Origin: a virus
Taxonomy: Duplodnaviria; Caudoviricetes
Length of the DNA stretch: 40,348 nucleotides
Reading direction: 5' to 3' (one strand)
IMG/VR virus record: IMGVR_UViG_3300035047_000295
Location: 1 to 40,348 of that record
Within the stretch, counting starts at the first letter, position 1. Each line of letters opens with the position of its first letter. The position numbers were made by a program, and so were the translations under genes. Below are positions 1 to 8,199 of this stretch, piece by piece. Below the pieces are notes generated by a model. That model was given only the letters and a program-made list of their open reading frames with translations, searched no databases and was not told the origin of the DNA.

Positions 1-315
1 GCTGTGGTAATAATCATCGTCATGGCCGTCATGCTCATATCCGTGGCCATACCCGCTTTCATATGCGTTGCAAATTTCAAAAACTCTTGTGATTGCTACC
101 ATCAATTCACCTTCCTTTCTCCCGTACTCGCCATACTTTGCTTTCATGGCACACTCATGACACATCTTATCATCAACACATTGCTGATGCGGAACATCGT
201 AGGGGCTTTGTTTTACGATCCAGTGTGCAAAAGCTGCAATAACGTCAGATCGATACAAAAAGAAAGAGCACTCTGAATACTGTTGGGATATATCCCTGTT
301 GCAAAGTAACGGCAT
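1..315 (-). CDS. Hypothetical phage protein, 3'-truncated by the window edge
   Basis: Not in the ORF track. AAGGAGG lies upstream of the ATG at 315 and the frame is open to base 1 (MPLLCNRDISQQ...NAYESGYGHGY...). Confidence 0.65.
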   Translation of the reverse strand, partial: MPLLCNRDISQQYSECSFFLYRSDVIAAFAHWIVKQSPYDVPHQQCVDDKMCHECAMKAKYGEYGRKEGELMVAITRVFEICNAYESGYGHGYEHDGHDDDYYHS

Positions 316-334
316 GGTACCTCCTTTTAACAAA

Positions 335-853
335 TTAATATAAATTCTCTGAATAGAGTCTCTTACCGTCCCCACCTACGCGGCGAAGTATCTGCCTATT
401 TTTTTTTGCTAAATTCCAGGCCTCCTCTCGGGTATAGAATTTGCCAAACTGATCCACAAATCCCTGGACTGCTTGCCCTTCCTTCGGGTAGGTGCCTCTG
501 AGGGCATCGAACATGAAATCATCAAAATGCCGGATAGATGGTATAATTCTTCCACTTGGGAACATACAGGCGGCACAGACTATTCTCGGCCCTACCGCTG
601 CAAAGGTATGTCCTAACAACCAAGTCTTTACCCAGTAAAACCATATTCCCTGCCCCCAGCAGTAGGTGTACCAGATACAGAGTATAAGGATACCCCACTG
701 CCCGTTTGCAGTTACAGTGATAAACCAGAATGGTTGCCCCAAAAAACCTAGAATAAATGCCCACCTTCTCCAGGTTTCAGGGCGGGATACAATCCAAGCA
801 GCTGGTAGGCTGAAAGCCAGAATACCAATCTGAGCTATATCTGAATTAATCAT
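335..853 (-). CDS. Hypothetical protein: Trp-rich membrane N-terminus fused to a small conserved phage domain
   Basis: Likely start MINSD at 853, overlapping the upstream stop. Hydrophobic segments are followed by RIVCAA...RHFD...QGFVDQFGKFYTREEAW...LYSENLY. Confidence 0.65.
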   Translation of the reverse strand: MINSDIAQIGILAFSLPAAWIVSRPETWRRWAFILGFLGQPFWFITVTANGQWGILILCIWYTYCWGQGIWFYWVKTWLLGHTFAAVGPRIVCAACMFPSGRIIPSIRHFDDFMFDALRGTYPKEGQAVQGFVDQFGKFYTREEAWNLAKKNRQILRRVGGDGKRLYSENLY

Positions 854-1586
854 CGATCTCGCCGTCCTTTCCCCAGGATACATCCTCGGGGTATTTGATT
901 TTAAATGGAAAACCCTCCTGCTTAGAGAGTTCGAAATCCGGGCCCAAACATCTTTTAGGAATAAACATAGACCTGGGTTGCTTGCGTTCTTCGTAAAGTA
1001 TACACGCAAACATCGCAGCTTCCCGCGCCTCAGATGGAGTGAACTCTGCCTGATGAATTAGCCCCTCTATAGCATCTACCAGCCTTCGGTACTTTGAGTC
1101 GTTTTGGTATTTTTCTTGAGGTGTTTTCATAACAGAACTTGAGGTATGAAATTGCGCCCATAGCAGTAAGGGGCATTTCAGTGGATCTTGTGCTTTGTCT
1201 TCCTCTTGCTTTTCACCTCTTTCTTCCGGCCAACCGGGACTCAAAGCAGATACCTCGATCTCCGTAGAGAAGACATCCCCCTCTGTGAAGTAACATACAC
1301 AGAACCCCTTGTGCTGTAATTGTGTAGTTGCCAAGACGCGCTGCCCATGGTACTTATGAAACTTCTGCAGACCTGACGGCTGATTTATCCAATATCTTTG
1401 CATTCTGTGCCCCTCCTTACTGGGGGTTGAGTCTCTTTTTTCCAATTCTTTAGCGTGAGCCCCATAGATATCCAAACCACGGATACCGTACTCTGTCGTT
1501 ATGTATCGGGGGTTTTCCTTAAATTTTTTACACCTGCGCTCGTACATACTTTCGTCATAGGCTATTGCAGCTATCATGTCTGACAT
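846..1586 (-). CDS. Hypothetical protein, apparently several small modules fused in frame
   Basis: GAGGAG RBS upstream. An internal AAGGAGG+ATG precedes MQRYWINQPS, and a further module begins MKTPQEKY. Confidence 0.6.
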   Translation of the reverse strand: MSDMIAAIAYDESMYERRCKKFKENPRYITTEYGIRGLDIYGAHAKELEKRDSTPSKEGHRMQRYWINQPSGLQKFHKYHGQRVLATTQLQHKGFCVCYFTEGDVFSTEIEVSALSPGWPEERGEKQEEDKAQDPLKCPLLLWAQFHTSSSVMKTPQEKYQNDSKYRRLVDAIEGLIHQAEFTPSEAREAAMFACILYEERKQPRSMFIPKRCLGPDFELSKQEGFPFKIKYPEDVSWGKDGEIDD

Positions 1587-1790
1587 GCCTTTTTCTCCTC
1601 TATTTTATACCCACGTAATTTATTGCAGAGATCAGTACCACATAATCTTCCATAGGGTGGAGCCCAATTGTCCTTCACTGCCTGTCTCCACTCTTCTGCA
1701 AAGAAACATCAATGTCATCTAAAGACACACCGCATTCCATGGCGTATTCTCTGGCACTGTTGGTTTTTTGAATCAATTCTTTTAAGGTCA

Positions 1791-2030
1791 TTATTCATCC
1801 TCCCCCTTTTCCGGAGTAACCCTTATTTTGTATTTTTTGTTGCCAAGCTGAACAACTTTTTCCGATCCTTTTGGGGCGTCGTGCATCATATGTCGAACCA
1901 ATGCCGACATGACATCTGCCTCTGCTTAGCGCTTGTCCAGCGCCATGGCAGGGTCCTTTACATGCCTATACAGAAAGATAGTGTCCGTAAGAGGCGAGTG
2001 TCCGATTTTTATTTTATTTAGATCCATCAT
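1791..2030 (-). pseudogene. Small phage protein interrupted by an in-frame TAA
   Basis: GGAGGT RBS. Reads MMDLNKIKIGHSPLTDTIFLYRHVKDPAMALDKR*AEADVMSALVRHMMHDAPKGSEK...GEDE, with the stop at 1926-1928. Confidence 0.6.
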
Positions 2031-2063
2031 ACCTCCCTCTCCCGCGTGTCAGATGCGCAGCCC

Positions 2064-2121
2064 CTGTAATACGCACATCACTGGTGCGGCCCTTTGCATC
2101 CAGTGTATGAGCTGATTAGCT
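2064..2121 (-). other. attC-like recombination site A (AAT/ATT core)
   Basis: Minus strand AGCTAAT-CAGCT-CAT(A)CAC-TGG(A)TGC-loop-GCACCA-GTGATG-TGCGT-ATTACAG, immediately after a stop codon. Confidence 0.7.
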
Positions 2122-2124
2122 GGT

Positions 2125-2394
2125 TTATTCCGCATTTTTGACAGCATGTAAATGGGCAATAAAATCGCTCAAAACATCCCTAAGTTTGATAGCTTTATTT
2201 ATAAAATCTTGCTCGGAATCTTCATACGTTCGGTGCAGTCTAATACCGTTATGGCAATCCTTTACTTCGATAAAAGAATCTCTTACTTCTTCCATACCAT
2301 CTTTATATTTAAGTGGTCCATCGTACACCGAGACAGATCCTGTTGAAGCTGATTCTGTAGAATTTAACCAAACCTTTTGTACATATTTTTTCAT
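2125..2394 (-). CDS. Hypothetical cassette-borne protein
   Basis: AGGAGG RBS before MKKYVQ; bounded by attC-like sites. Confidence 0.75.
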   Translation of the reverse strand: MKKYVQKVWLNSTESASTGSVSVYDGPLKYKDGMEEVRDSFIEVKDCHNGIRLHRTYEDSEQDFINKAIKLRDVLSDFIAHLHAVKNAE

Positions 2395-2454
2395 CTTCCC
2401 TCCTGATAACCGGCTGGGCCGGTTCATTAATTTATTAGCAAAGGGTTATCCCGG

Positions 2455-2505
2455 AGCTAATGTGGACATAACCGGCGTTAGTCCGGGTTAATGTCTTGAT
2501 TAGCG
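2455..2505 (-). other. attC-like recombination site B (AAT/ATT core)
   Basis: Minus strand CGCTAAT-CAAGA-CAT(T)AAC-(C)CGG-ACTAACG-CCG-GTTATG-TCCAC-ATTAGCT. The gene's TAA stop lies in the first box. Confidence 0.7.
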
Positions 2506-2781
2506 GTTAACATCAAGCAAGTGCGCAACTCCACATATTTTTCGCCCACTATAACGCTCTTTGTTGTACAGATCTGCCAACCATTCAGCCTCTTCCTTGC
2601 TAGTGCAGGCTGTAAACCTCCATCCACCTTTACCCGCGGTATGGCAAATGTTTTGCCCCCGCTTTAACACGATCCACAAATTTGCCCTGTCTTTTAACTT
2701 GGCCCAATCGTTTGATTTCTCAATGTTCCCTGCTTCGCACTCGAAACCACAGCTTTCAATTTTGTCTATAAAAGTTTCCAT
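2500..2781 (-). CDS. Hypothetical cassette-borne protein
   Basis: AAGGAGG RBS; 93 aa ORF between attC-like sites. Confidence 0.75.
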   Translation of the reverse strand: METFIDKIESCGFECEAGNIEKSNDWAKLKDRANLWIVLKRGQNICHTAGKGGWRFTACTSKEEAEWLADLYNKERYSGRKICGVAHLLDVNR

Positions 2782-2844
2782 TTCCTTCCTCCTTATAACC
2801 GGCTGGGCCGGTTCATTAATTTATTAACAAATGGTTTATCTCAG

Positions 2845-2909
2845 AGCTAATGCAAAGTTGAGCGGTGGCCCGGCTTTTTGTGCCACCCGTCTCTAACTTT
2901 TTATTGGTG
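2845..2909 (-). other. attC-like recombination site C (AAT/ATT core)
   Basis: Minus strand CACCAAT-AAAAA-GTT(A)GAG-(A)C(G)GGTGGC-loop-GCCACCG-CTCAAC-TTTGC-ATTAGCT, overlapping the gene end. Confidence 0.7.
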
Positions 2910-3345
2910 ATTCAGTTGTTTTTATGCAGCCATAGTCTTGGATATCTTCTATCCGGTTCATTATGCATGCTCCGCATAACAATCCTGCCCCTTCATTCTT
3001 GCCGTTCGGCTTGATTTTTTCCCACATATCATCAGGAACAATTAAATCTATCCCATACTTCCTACCGCAAGATTGGCAAGTGCAGCCTTCCTTTTTTGTA
3101 GGGGTCTTTATCAATCGCCACGGGCCTCCTATGCTATGCAGTTCGCCAAACTCTCTTAATCTTAAATTCTCTGTTTCTTCCAGGTTCCGCTGTAAAGCAA
3201 GGCCTAAGTTGCCATTGCCCTCAATGGTAAATGCAAAAGTATGCACAAGCCCACAGTCACAACATGCAAAATCTAATAATTCATTCTTTTTTATGTTTAT
3301 TTCGACACCTTCGCCGTCAATTATTTTTGGGTATTTTCCACTCAT
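2893..3345 (-). CDS. Hypothetical Cys-rich (zinc-binding) protein with two modules
   Basis: CCDCGLVH module, then a CTCQSC...LLCGAC module. Confidence 0.7.
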   Translation of the reverse strand: MSGKYPKIIDGEGVEINIKKNELLDFACCDCGLVHTFAFTIEGNGNLGLALQRNLEETENLRLREFGELHSIGGPWRLIKTPTKKEGCTCQSCGRKYGIDLIVPDDMWEKIKPNGKNEGAGLLCGACIMNRIEDIQDYGCIKTTESPIKS

Positions 3346-3414
3346 TTTTGTTTTCCTTGGTTCGCTCTGCGGCGCGGCCCGCAGCAGCGTTGTGATTGGC
3401 GGCGGTCATCCGCG

Positions 3415-3467
3415 AGCCAATAAGCAGTTATGCTGTTCTGTGTATCAGCCACTACCGCTTGTTATCC
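3415..3467 (-). other. Degenerate attC-like site D
   Basis: Minus strand GGATAAC-AAGCGGT...GCTG-loop-CAGC...ACTGCTT-ATTGGCT, an imperfect hairpin. Confidence 0.45.
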
Positions 3468-3504
3468 GGACAATCCGGACAATCCGGTATCCGTTTTCTT
3501 TCAG

Positions 3505-3762
3505 CTACTCAATGAACCCTGGGACTCTGGCATGACAGACATATGCCTCGCAGGATTCGCGGTCATTACCTACTAAAGCTTTGCATACTATGGCATGACA
3601 AAACTCATGCTTCTGGTATTCCTGCTGGTTCTCCAATCCTCCCAGCGCATCAATCAGACCCGATACTATCTTGTCTGTTTCCGTTTTATCATAGCCAAAA
3701 ACAAAACTATCACTGTTGTTGTGCCGGTATTGTCGTAAAGCCTGTTCTAAAACCTTCATCAC
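3505..3762 (-). CDS. Hypothetical protein
   Basis: 85 aa ORF whose start overlaps the upstream stop. Confidence 0.6.
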   Translation of the reverse strand: MMKVLEQALRQYRHNNSDSFVFGYDKTETDKIVSGLIDALGGLENQQEYQKHEFCHAIVCKALVGNDRESCEAYVCHARVPGFIE

Positions 3763-4379
3763 TCACCCCCTCTCACCGCCGCCATGACAACATTATTCCA
3801 CCAGTCGGCCCATGCTTGGGCACGGGATTCTGTGCGGTGGACATTCCCAGCCATTAGCTTTTCCATATCGTATGGGCAAGCACTCCAAACACGCTTAACC
3901 ACATTCCCGTTATCGACAGAGAAATAATGAGTGCCAGCGAATGGTTCTATATGCTCCGGCCTTGGCAACTTCACCCCGCCTATGGTGATGGTTGGGTGGG
4001 CGTATGTTTCGGGTGTTGTGCGAACGTATGTCCACCAACACAGGTTACTTAAAAATCTTTGATAATCACCAACAACAGTAGAGACCTTGATTAATGTGCC
4101 AGGACCTTGCCAATATCCTCCATCCTTTGAGTACTCCACAACCTTCCCCACCAGCTTCTCAGCCTCCCGCCAATTCAGGCCGGAGAAATATTCAGGCTGG
4201 AAGGGCTGTTGTTTGCGGCGGTATTCAATATTACTAAAAAACCTTGGTGAAGTAGGATCACATGGGTTCCAGTTTTTGTTATCATCATTAGGATCACGCC
4301 ATTCCCAATATGTGTGGGCTGTACCGCCAAGGTGTTTAACGTCTTTCTCCCACTGTTTTTTAAGCTCCTCGTGTGCCAT
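3759..4379 (-). CDS. Hypothetical protein, paralogue of 19443-20048
   Basis: Likely start MAHEELKKQW. Shares PEYFSGLNW.AEKLVG, PETYAHPTITI.GV.LP and RAQAWADWW blocks with the paralogue. Confidence 0.8.
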   Translation of the reverse strand: MAHEELKKQWEKDVKHLGGTAHTYWEWRDPNDDNKNWNPCDPTSPRFFSNIEYRRKQQPFQPEYFSGLNWREAEKLVGKVVEYSKDGGYWQGPGTLIKVSTVVGDYQRFLSNLCWWTYVRTTPETYAHPTITIGGVKLPRPEHIEPFAGTHYFSVDNGNVVKRVWSACPYDMEKLMAGNVHRTESRAQAWADWWNNVVMAAVRGGE

Positions 4380-4485
4380 CTCAATTTCCTTTGTTTTTCT
4401 AATCTTAGATTTATGTTCACATACGTTGATGCTTCCTTTTGGATACTCTATGGGATTAGATTCATGCAGCACGAACCCAACCCCA

Positions 4486-4626
4486 TTATTTATTGATGAA
4501 AAATTCAACTCTCTTTGCTTTGAGTGGAATAGCAAACCTACAACGATCATACACTGTAACAATATCGTACAGTTCAAACTCTTTCTTCCAGATTGGTTTT
4601 AAGTTGTCTTGGTAATCGCAGTCCAT
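4486..4626 (-). CDS. Small hypothetical protein (46 aa)
   Basis: AAAGGA RBS then MDCDYQDNLKPIWKKEFELY...FFINK; below the ORF-track cutoff. Confidence 0.4.
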   Translation of the reverse strand: MDCDYQDNLKPIWKKEFELYDIVTVYDRCRFAIPLKAKRVEFFINK

Positions 4627-4638
4627 TTCAGTTTCCTT

Positions 4639-5283
4639 TTATGGATATATATCGTTGAAGATTACCGGCACTTTTGTTTTCAGTTCTGCCAATAACGGCA
4701 CCATCAACGCCCTAATCTGTGGATGTGCTTTTTTGGCACACCGCAGCGTAAACATATGCCGCCACTCGCGGATGTTGGCTTTGACCACGATTTCGGTTTT
4801 CAGGGAATTGGGCAGAACTTCCCTGGCTTGTTCAGGTCTCCATCCATCCTCTAATAAAGACAGATAACAACATTCAGCGTTATAACAAGCATCTAACCAT
4901 TTCAGTTCTTGTTTGGATATATTTTTAGTTCTTAATCCTTTCAAATTAATTCCGATAAGTTCATCAGAACACCACACCGGCCTGATAAACTCCATCCCGC
5001 CGTCATACTTCACATATCTCGTTGACTCCTGAGCGAAAGAACATAATCTGTGCCGCACCAGCTCATGGGTCACGCCCCTGTTGGTAATAAACCTGATAGT
5101 GATGTCTCCAAATTCAATCATGGCATGGTGGCTCCAGTCTCGCATGCGGGCCACAAATCTGGTAGCGGAATCAGATGTGATTTTGTCTTCGGATTTATAA
5201 CAGGTGCGGCCGGCCGCCTCGATGACCTGAAGCAGATTGCTCGGCAGGTTGATAATTTCATGGCTCTGGTCGATGATTTTCAT
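4639..5283 (-). CDS. thyX: Flavin-dependent thymidylate synthase (canonical)
   Basis: AGRTCYKS, HHAMIEF, the RHRx7S signature (RHRLCSFAQESTRY), AREVLPNS and ANIREWRH. Confidence 0.95.
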   Translation of the reverse strand: MKIIDQSHEIINLPSNLLQVIEAAGRTCYKSEDKITSDSATRFVARMRDWSHHAMIEFGDITIRFITNRGVTHELVRHRLCSFAQESTRYVKYDGGMEFIRPVWCSDELIGINLKGLRTKNISKQELKWLDACYNAECCYLSLLEDGWRPEQAREVLPNSLKTEIVVKANIREWRHMFTLRCAKKAHPQIRALMVPLLAELKTKVPVIFNDIYP

Positions 5284-5299
5284 TATTTTCCTTTATTCC

Positions 5300-5477
5300 T
5301 GTAAATTTAAGGTTTAGACTTAAAAATATTTTATTTTTGAGTTCATAAACAGCTGATAGAGAACTTTTTAAATATTCCTAATATATTATTATTAGGAATA
5401 TTTATACATTTTTAAATAAAGTATTTTTTGCTAAACCTTATTTTATTAAATATTTATAATAATATCAATAACTTAGA
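5300..5477. repeat. ~175 bp palindromic intergenic element, copy 1
   Basis: TAAGGTTTAG...CTAAACCTTA outer inverted repeat, internal hairpin AAATATTCCTAATA/TATTAGGAATATTT, and terminal TATCAATAACTTA. Related copies at 6731-6899 and 36220-36390. Confidence 0.85.
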
Positions 5478-5486
5478 CTATTTATG

Positions 5487-6716
5487 TTAACAACTTGCAA
5501 CTCTTTTAAATCTCGGTAAAAATAAAGAGTACTTTCCATTTGATTCAATCACAGTATTATACAAGACTTCAATTTTTTCTCCAATAAAATATTCTTCAGA
5601 TCGTTGAATATCAAATTTTGATAATCCACTCCCTACATGAACTTCAATAAATACATCTCCAACATCTTTATCGTGAATTGTCCCACTACAGCACAGAGAA
5701 CCTACGTTACCCTTTACAGGATTCGAGTGTGGAATTACAGAAGTACAATTAAGAACACATTCTTTGATTGTCTTTTTCTTTATTAAACGAGGAACTCGTT
5801 TCCATTCGTAAACATCATCATCGTATCTATGGATTGAACCTTCGTATCCGTTTGAAATTAACTTATCGAAGTATTGCTCAACATCTTCAATAGACACATG
5901 AACTTCGTGATCAACTTGTTTGACATGTAAAGAATCTTGAATACCGAAATTAAACGATTCAGCGAGCATTTGTTGTCTCTCTAAAAAAGTGGAAACTCCT
6001 ACTTTAGCATCCCATTCATCAAGTGGAATATAATCATAAATGTTATATTTATATTCTTCAAGATCTGTTTTTGTTCCTGCAAGAAGACTGTTTAACTGCC
6101 CAGAAATAGAAGTTCTATTTACTTGCTTTCCTTCTTTACTTGTCAGTTCTCCTTCGTATACTCCGTAAGTTGCTTCAGACATTTCATCAATTAAAGAAGA
6201 TAAAATAAATTCTGCTCCAGAACTAGAAGTCAAAGTAATTCCTTCGGGTCTTACAAAAGCAAAAACTTTTACTCCATCAAATTTTATTGAAGATTTTACA
6301 GGAAATTCTTCAATAGGAACATCTTGACCTTTCATAGATTTAAATACTGTGATTAATCCAGAATACACTTTATTTATTGTTGTACTAGAAATTCCTGCTT
6401 TAATTGATCTGTTCAATACAAGACGAAAGATTTCACCATATTTTTCTGACATTTCAAAAGCTAGTTCTTTTGCTGCTTTCCCTGAAACTTCTCTTGTAGA
6501 TAATTTTTTCAAACTCTCAAAGAAATCATCTTCTATTGGAGATTCGTTAAATTCAAGAGAAGAAGGAGAACTTACATTATACGTAATTCTTGTATCATAC
6601 GTTGCAATAAGAATTTTTTTCCAAATTTCATTGTCTTCGTATTTTTTAAGTATTCTTTGTTTGCCTCTTGTTCCAGAAGTCATTCTAAGTTCATGTACGA
6701 TGCTGATATATTGCAT
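5487..6716 (-). CDS. lig: ATP-dependent DNA ligase
   Basis: Motif I KFDG, motif III YEGEL, IIIa YNIYDYI, IV YEGSI, V KKK, and an OB-fold ending SLFLPRFKR. Confidence 0.93.
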   Translation of the reverse strand: MQYISIVHELRMTSGTRGKQRILKKYEDNEIWKKILIATYDTRITYNVSSPSSLEFNESPIEDDFFESLKKLSTREVSGKAAKELAFEMSEKYGEIFRLVLNRSIKAGISSTTINKVYSGLITVFKSMKGQDVPIEEFPVKSSIKFDGVKVFAFVRPEGITLTSSSGAEFILSSLIDEMSEATYGVYEGELTSKEGKQVNRTSISGQLNSLLAGTKTDLEEYKYNIYDYIPLDEWDAKVGVSTFLERQQMLAESFNFGIQDSLHVKQVDHEVHVSIEDVEQYFDKLISNGYEGSIHRYDDDVYEWKRVPRLIKKKTIKECVLNCTSVIPHSNPVKGNVGSLCCSGTIHDKDVGDVFIEVHVGSGLSKFDIQRSEEYFIGEKIEVLYNTVIESNGKYSLFLPRFKRVASC

Positions 6717-6730
6717 TATTTTAATTCTCC

Positions 6731-6899
6731 TGTAAATTTATGGTCTTGAGTATAAAATATTTTAAAATTGAATCTATAGACAGCTGACAGAGACCGATAC
6801 AAATATTCCTAATATAATTATATTAGGAATATTTTATCCTTATTAAATGAAATATTTTTTGCTAAACCTTATTTTATATAATAATATCAATAACTTACA
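6731..6899. repeat. ~175 bp palindromic intergenic element, copy 2
   Basis: Co-linear with 5300-5477: GTAAATTTA...CAGCTGA.AGAGA...AAATATTCCTAATATA...TTTTTTGCTAAACCTTATTTTAT...TATCAATAACTTA. Confidence 0.85.
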
Positions 6900-6902
6900 C
6901 AA

Positions 6903-7310
6903 TTAGTAATTAGATTCAATTCTACTCATAATTTTATCGTGTATCTTATTGTACTCGTCATCAATTGTCTCAGAAGTAATTCCTGCTCCGATTAAAATAT
7001 TCATACAAAAGCATAAAACATCAATTGCTTCTTCTTTAACATACTGAGTACTTATATAAGTTTCTTGAACAGCTTCTTTATATCCAGTTTTCCACGGTTT
7101 TGAAATTAGTTTAGAAGGAGGATGAACAAGTTCTTCTGTCAGTTCCTGAACTTCATCTGATAAATGACGTAAAGTACTCCAGAAAAATTCTGCAGTTTCT
7201 TTGATAGTCGACTCGTGTTCAATTGGAAATTTTTGTTTTCCTTTTAAAACCATTAAATTTTGAAGTTCTTCATGTTTTTTAAGAATCGATTTCATTAAGT
7301 TCCTCCACAA
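6903..7310 (-). CDS. All-alpha NTP pyrophosphohydrolase (dimeric dUTPase/MazG-like)
   Basis: DEVQELTEE, KPWK and KEEAIDVLCF motifs. The true start may be the second Met. Confidence 0.8.
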   Translation of the reverse strand: MWRNLMKSILKKHEELQNLMVLKGKQKFPIEHESTIKETAEFFWSTLRHLSDEVQELTEELVHPPSKLISKPWKTGYKEAVQETYISTQYVKEEAIDVLCFCMNILIGAGITSETIDDEYNKIHDKIMSRIESNY

Positions 7311-8187
7311 GAGTATTCCATAAATTTACAAATTTTTCTCCTCCTGACATTTCTTTTCGTTCTTTTTTGTATAAAAACCACTCAGGCTTGTATTCAAAAA
7401 TATCATTTCTGGGTTTTTCAGGCATATAAATGTTAGAACTACGACCAGTGGGAACTGTTTGAACATAGAAAGAATCAGGTCGATTTACATCTATCATATT
7501 TTTTATAAATGGATATTTTTTAACAATTTCAATCCACATCTGTAAAGCAATGATATTGTCTGATTCAGGCTGAATTTGACGATCAATTCTTTGACGAATA
7601 AAATGAAGAGCATCTTTAATATTTACTCTACAATAATAATGATTTTCTAAACATCGAGGAAGAATTGTTCTTGCGTCAAGAAGAGAAACTTCATTTGAAT
7701 CAACCATATCTGCGTATAATTGTTTTGCCATTGAAACAATTTGCACATATCTTTTTGAAAATTCTTTTGAATTAAGTATTGAATTTTTTACAAGACATGA
7801 GTCGTGTCGTAAGTCTCGATCTGCTGTACAGACAGCTGAAAATGACATTGTACGATGTCTTAAAAGATGAGTTACATCTACAAGATCAATATTTGAAATA
7901 AGAAAGACTAAACCAATTGTTTCCATAGCAGAAGGCAGTAAATTTCCTTCAAAAAGATCTTTTAAAATTTGAAGTCTTTCTTCGTCTGAATACTCATCAT
8001 GAGGCTTATCTTGCCAAGTAGCAGTCCCCCATCTTGGAATGTACTCAAGAAGATCTTCAATAGAAGGTGCGTTAAGTAATTCAACAGAAATTATTTCAAG
8101 ATGCTCAAAAAAGTAAGTAACTGGAACTTCAAAATTTTTAATTTGTACTGGTAATTTAATATCAGGTAAATTTTCATTTACAGGCAT
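7279..8187 (-). CDS. Divergent ThyX/Thy1-fold protein
   Basis: THLLRHRTMSFSAVC (signature Ser replaced by Cys), ARTILP and NIKDALHFIRQR. Confidence 0.8.
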   Translation of the reverse strand: MPVNENLPDIKLPVQIKNFEVPVTYFFEHLEIISVELLNAPSIEDLLEYIPRWGTATWQDKPHDEYSDEERLQILKDLFEGNLLPSAMETIGLVFLISNIDLVDVTHLLRHRTMSFSAVCTADRDLRHDSCLVKNSILNSKEFSKRYVQIVSMAKQLYADMVDSNEVSLLDARTILPRCLENHYYCRVNIKDALHFIRQRIDRQIQPESDNIIALQMWIEIVKKYPFIKNMIDVNRPDSFYVQTVPTGRSSNIYMPEKPRNDIFEYKPEWFLYKKERKEMSGGEKFVNLWNTLVEELNEIDS

Positions 8188-8199
8188 TAGTTGTCTCCT

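Larger units (their letters stand above)
2406..2852. repeat. ~57 bp direct repeat (2406-2462 and 2795-2852) flanking ORF 2500-2781
   Basis: ATAACCGGCTGGGCCGGTTCATTAATTTATTA is identical in both copies, followed by similar sequence ending GAGCTAATG. Confidence 0.9.
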
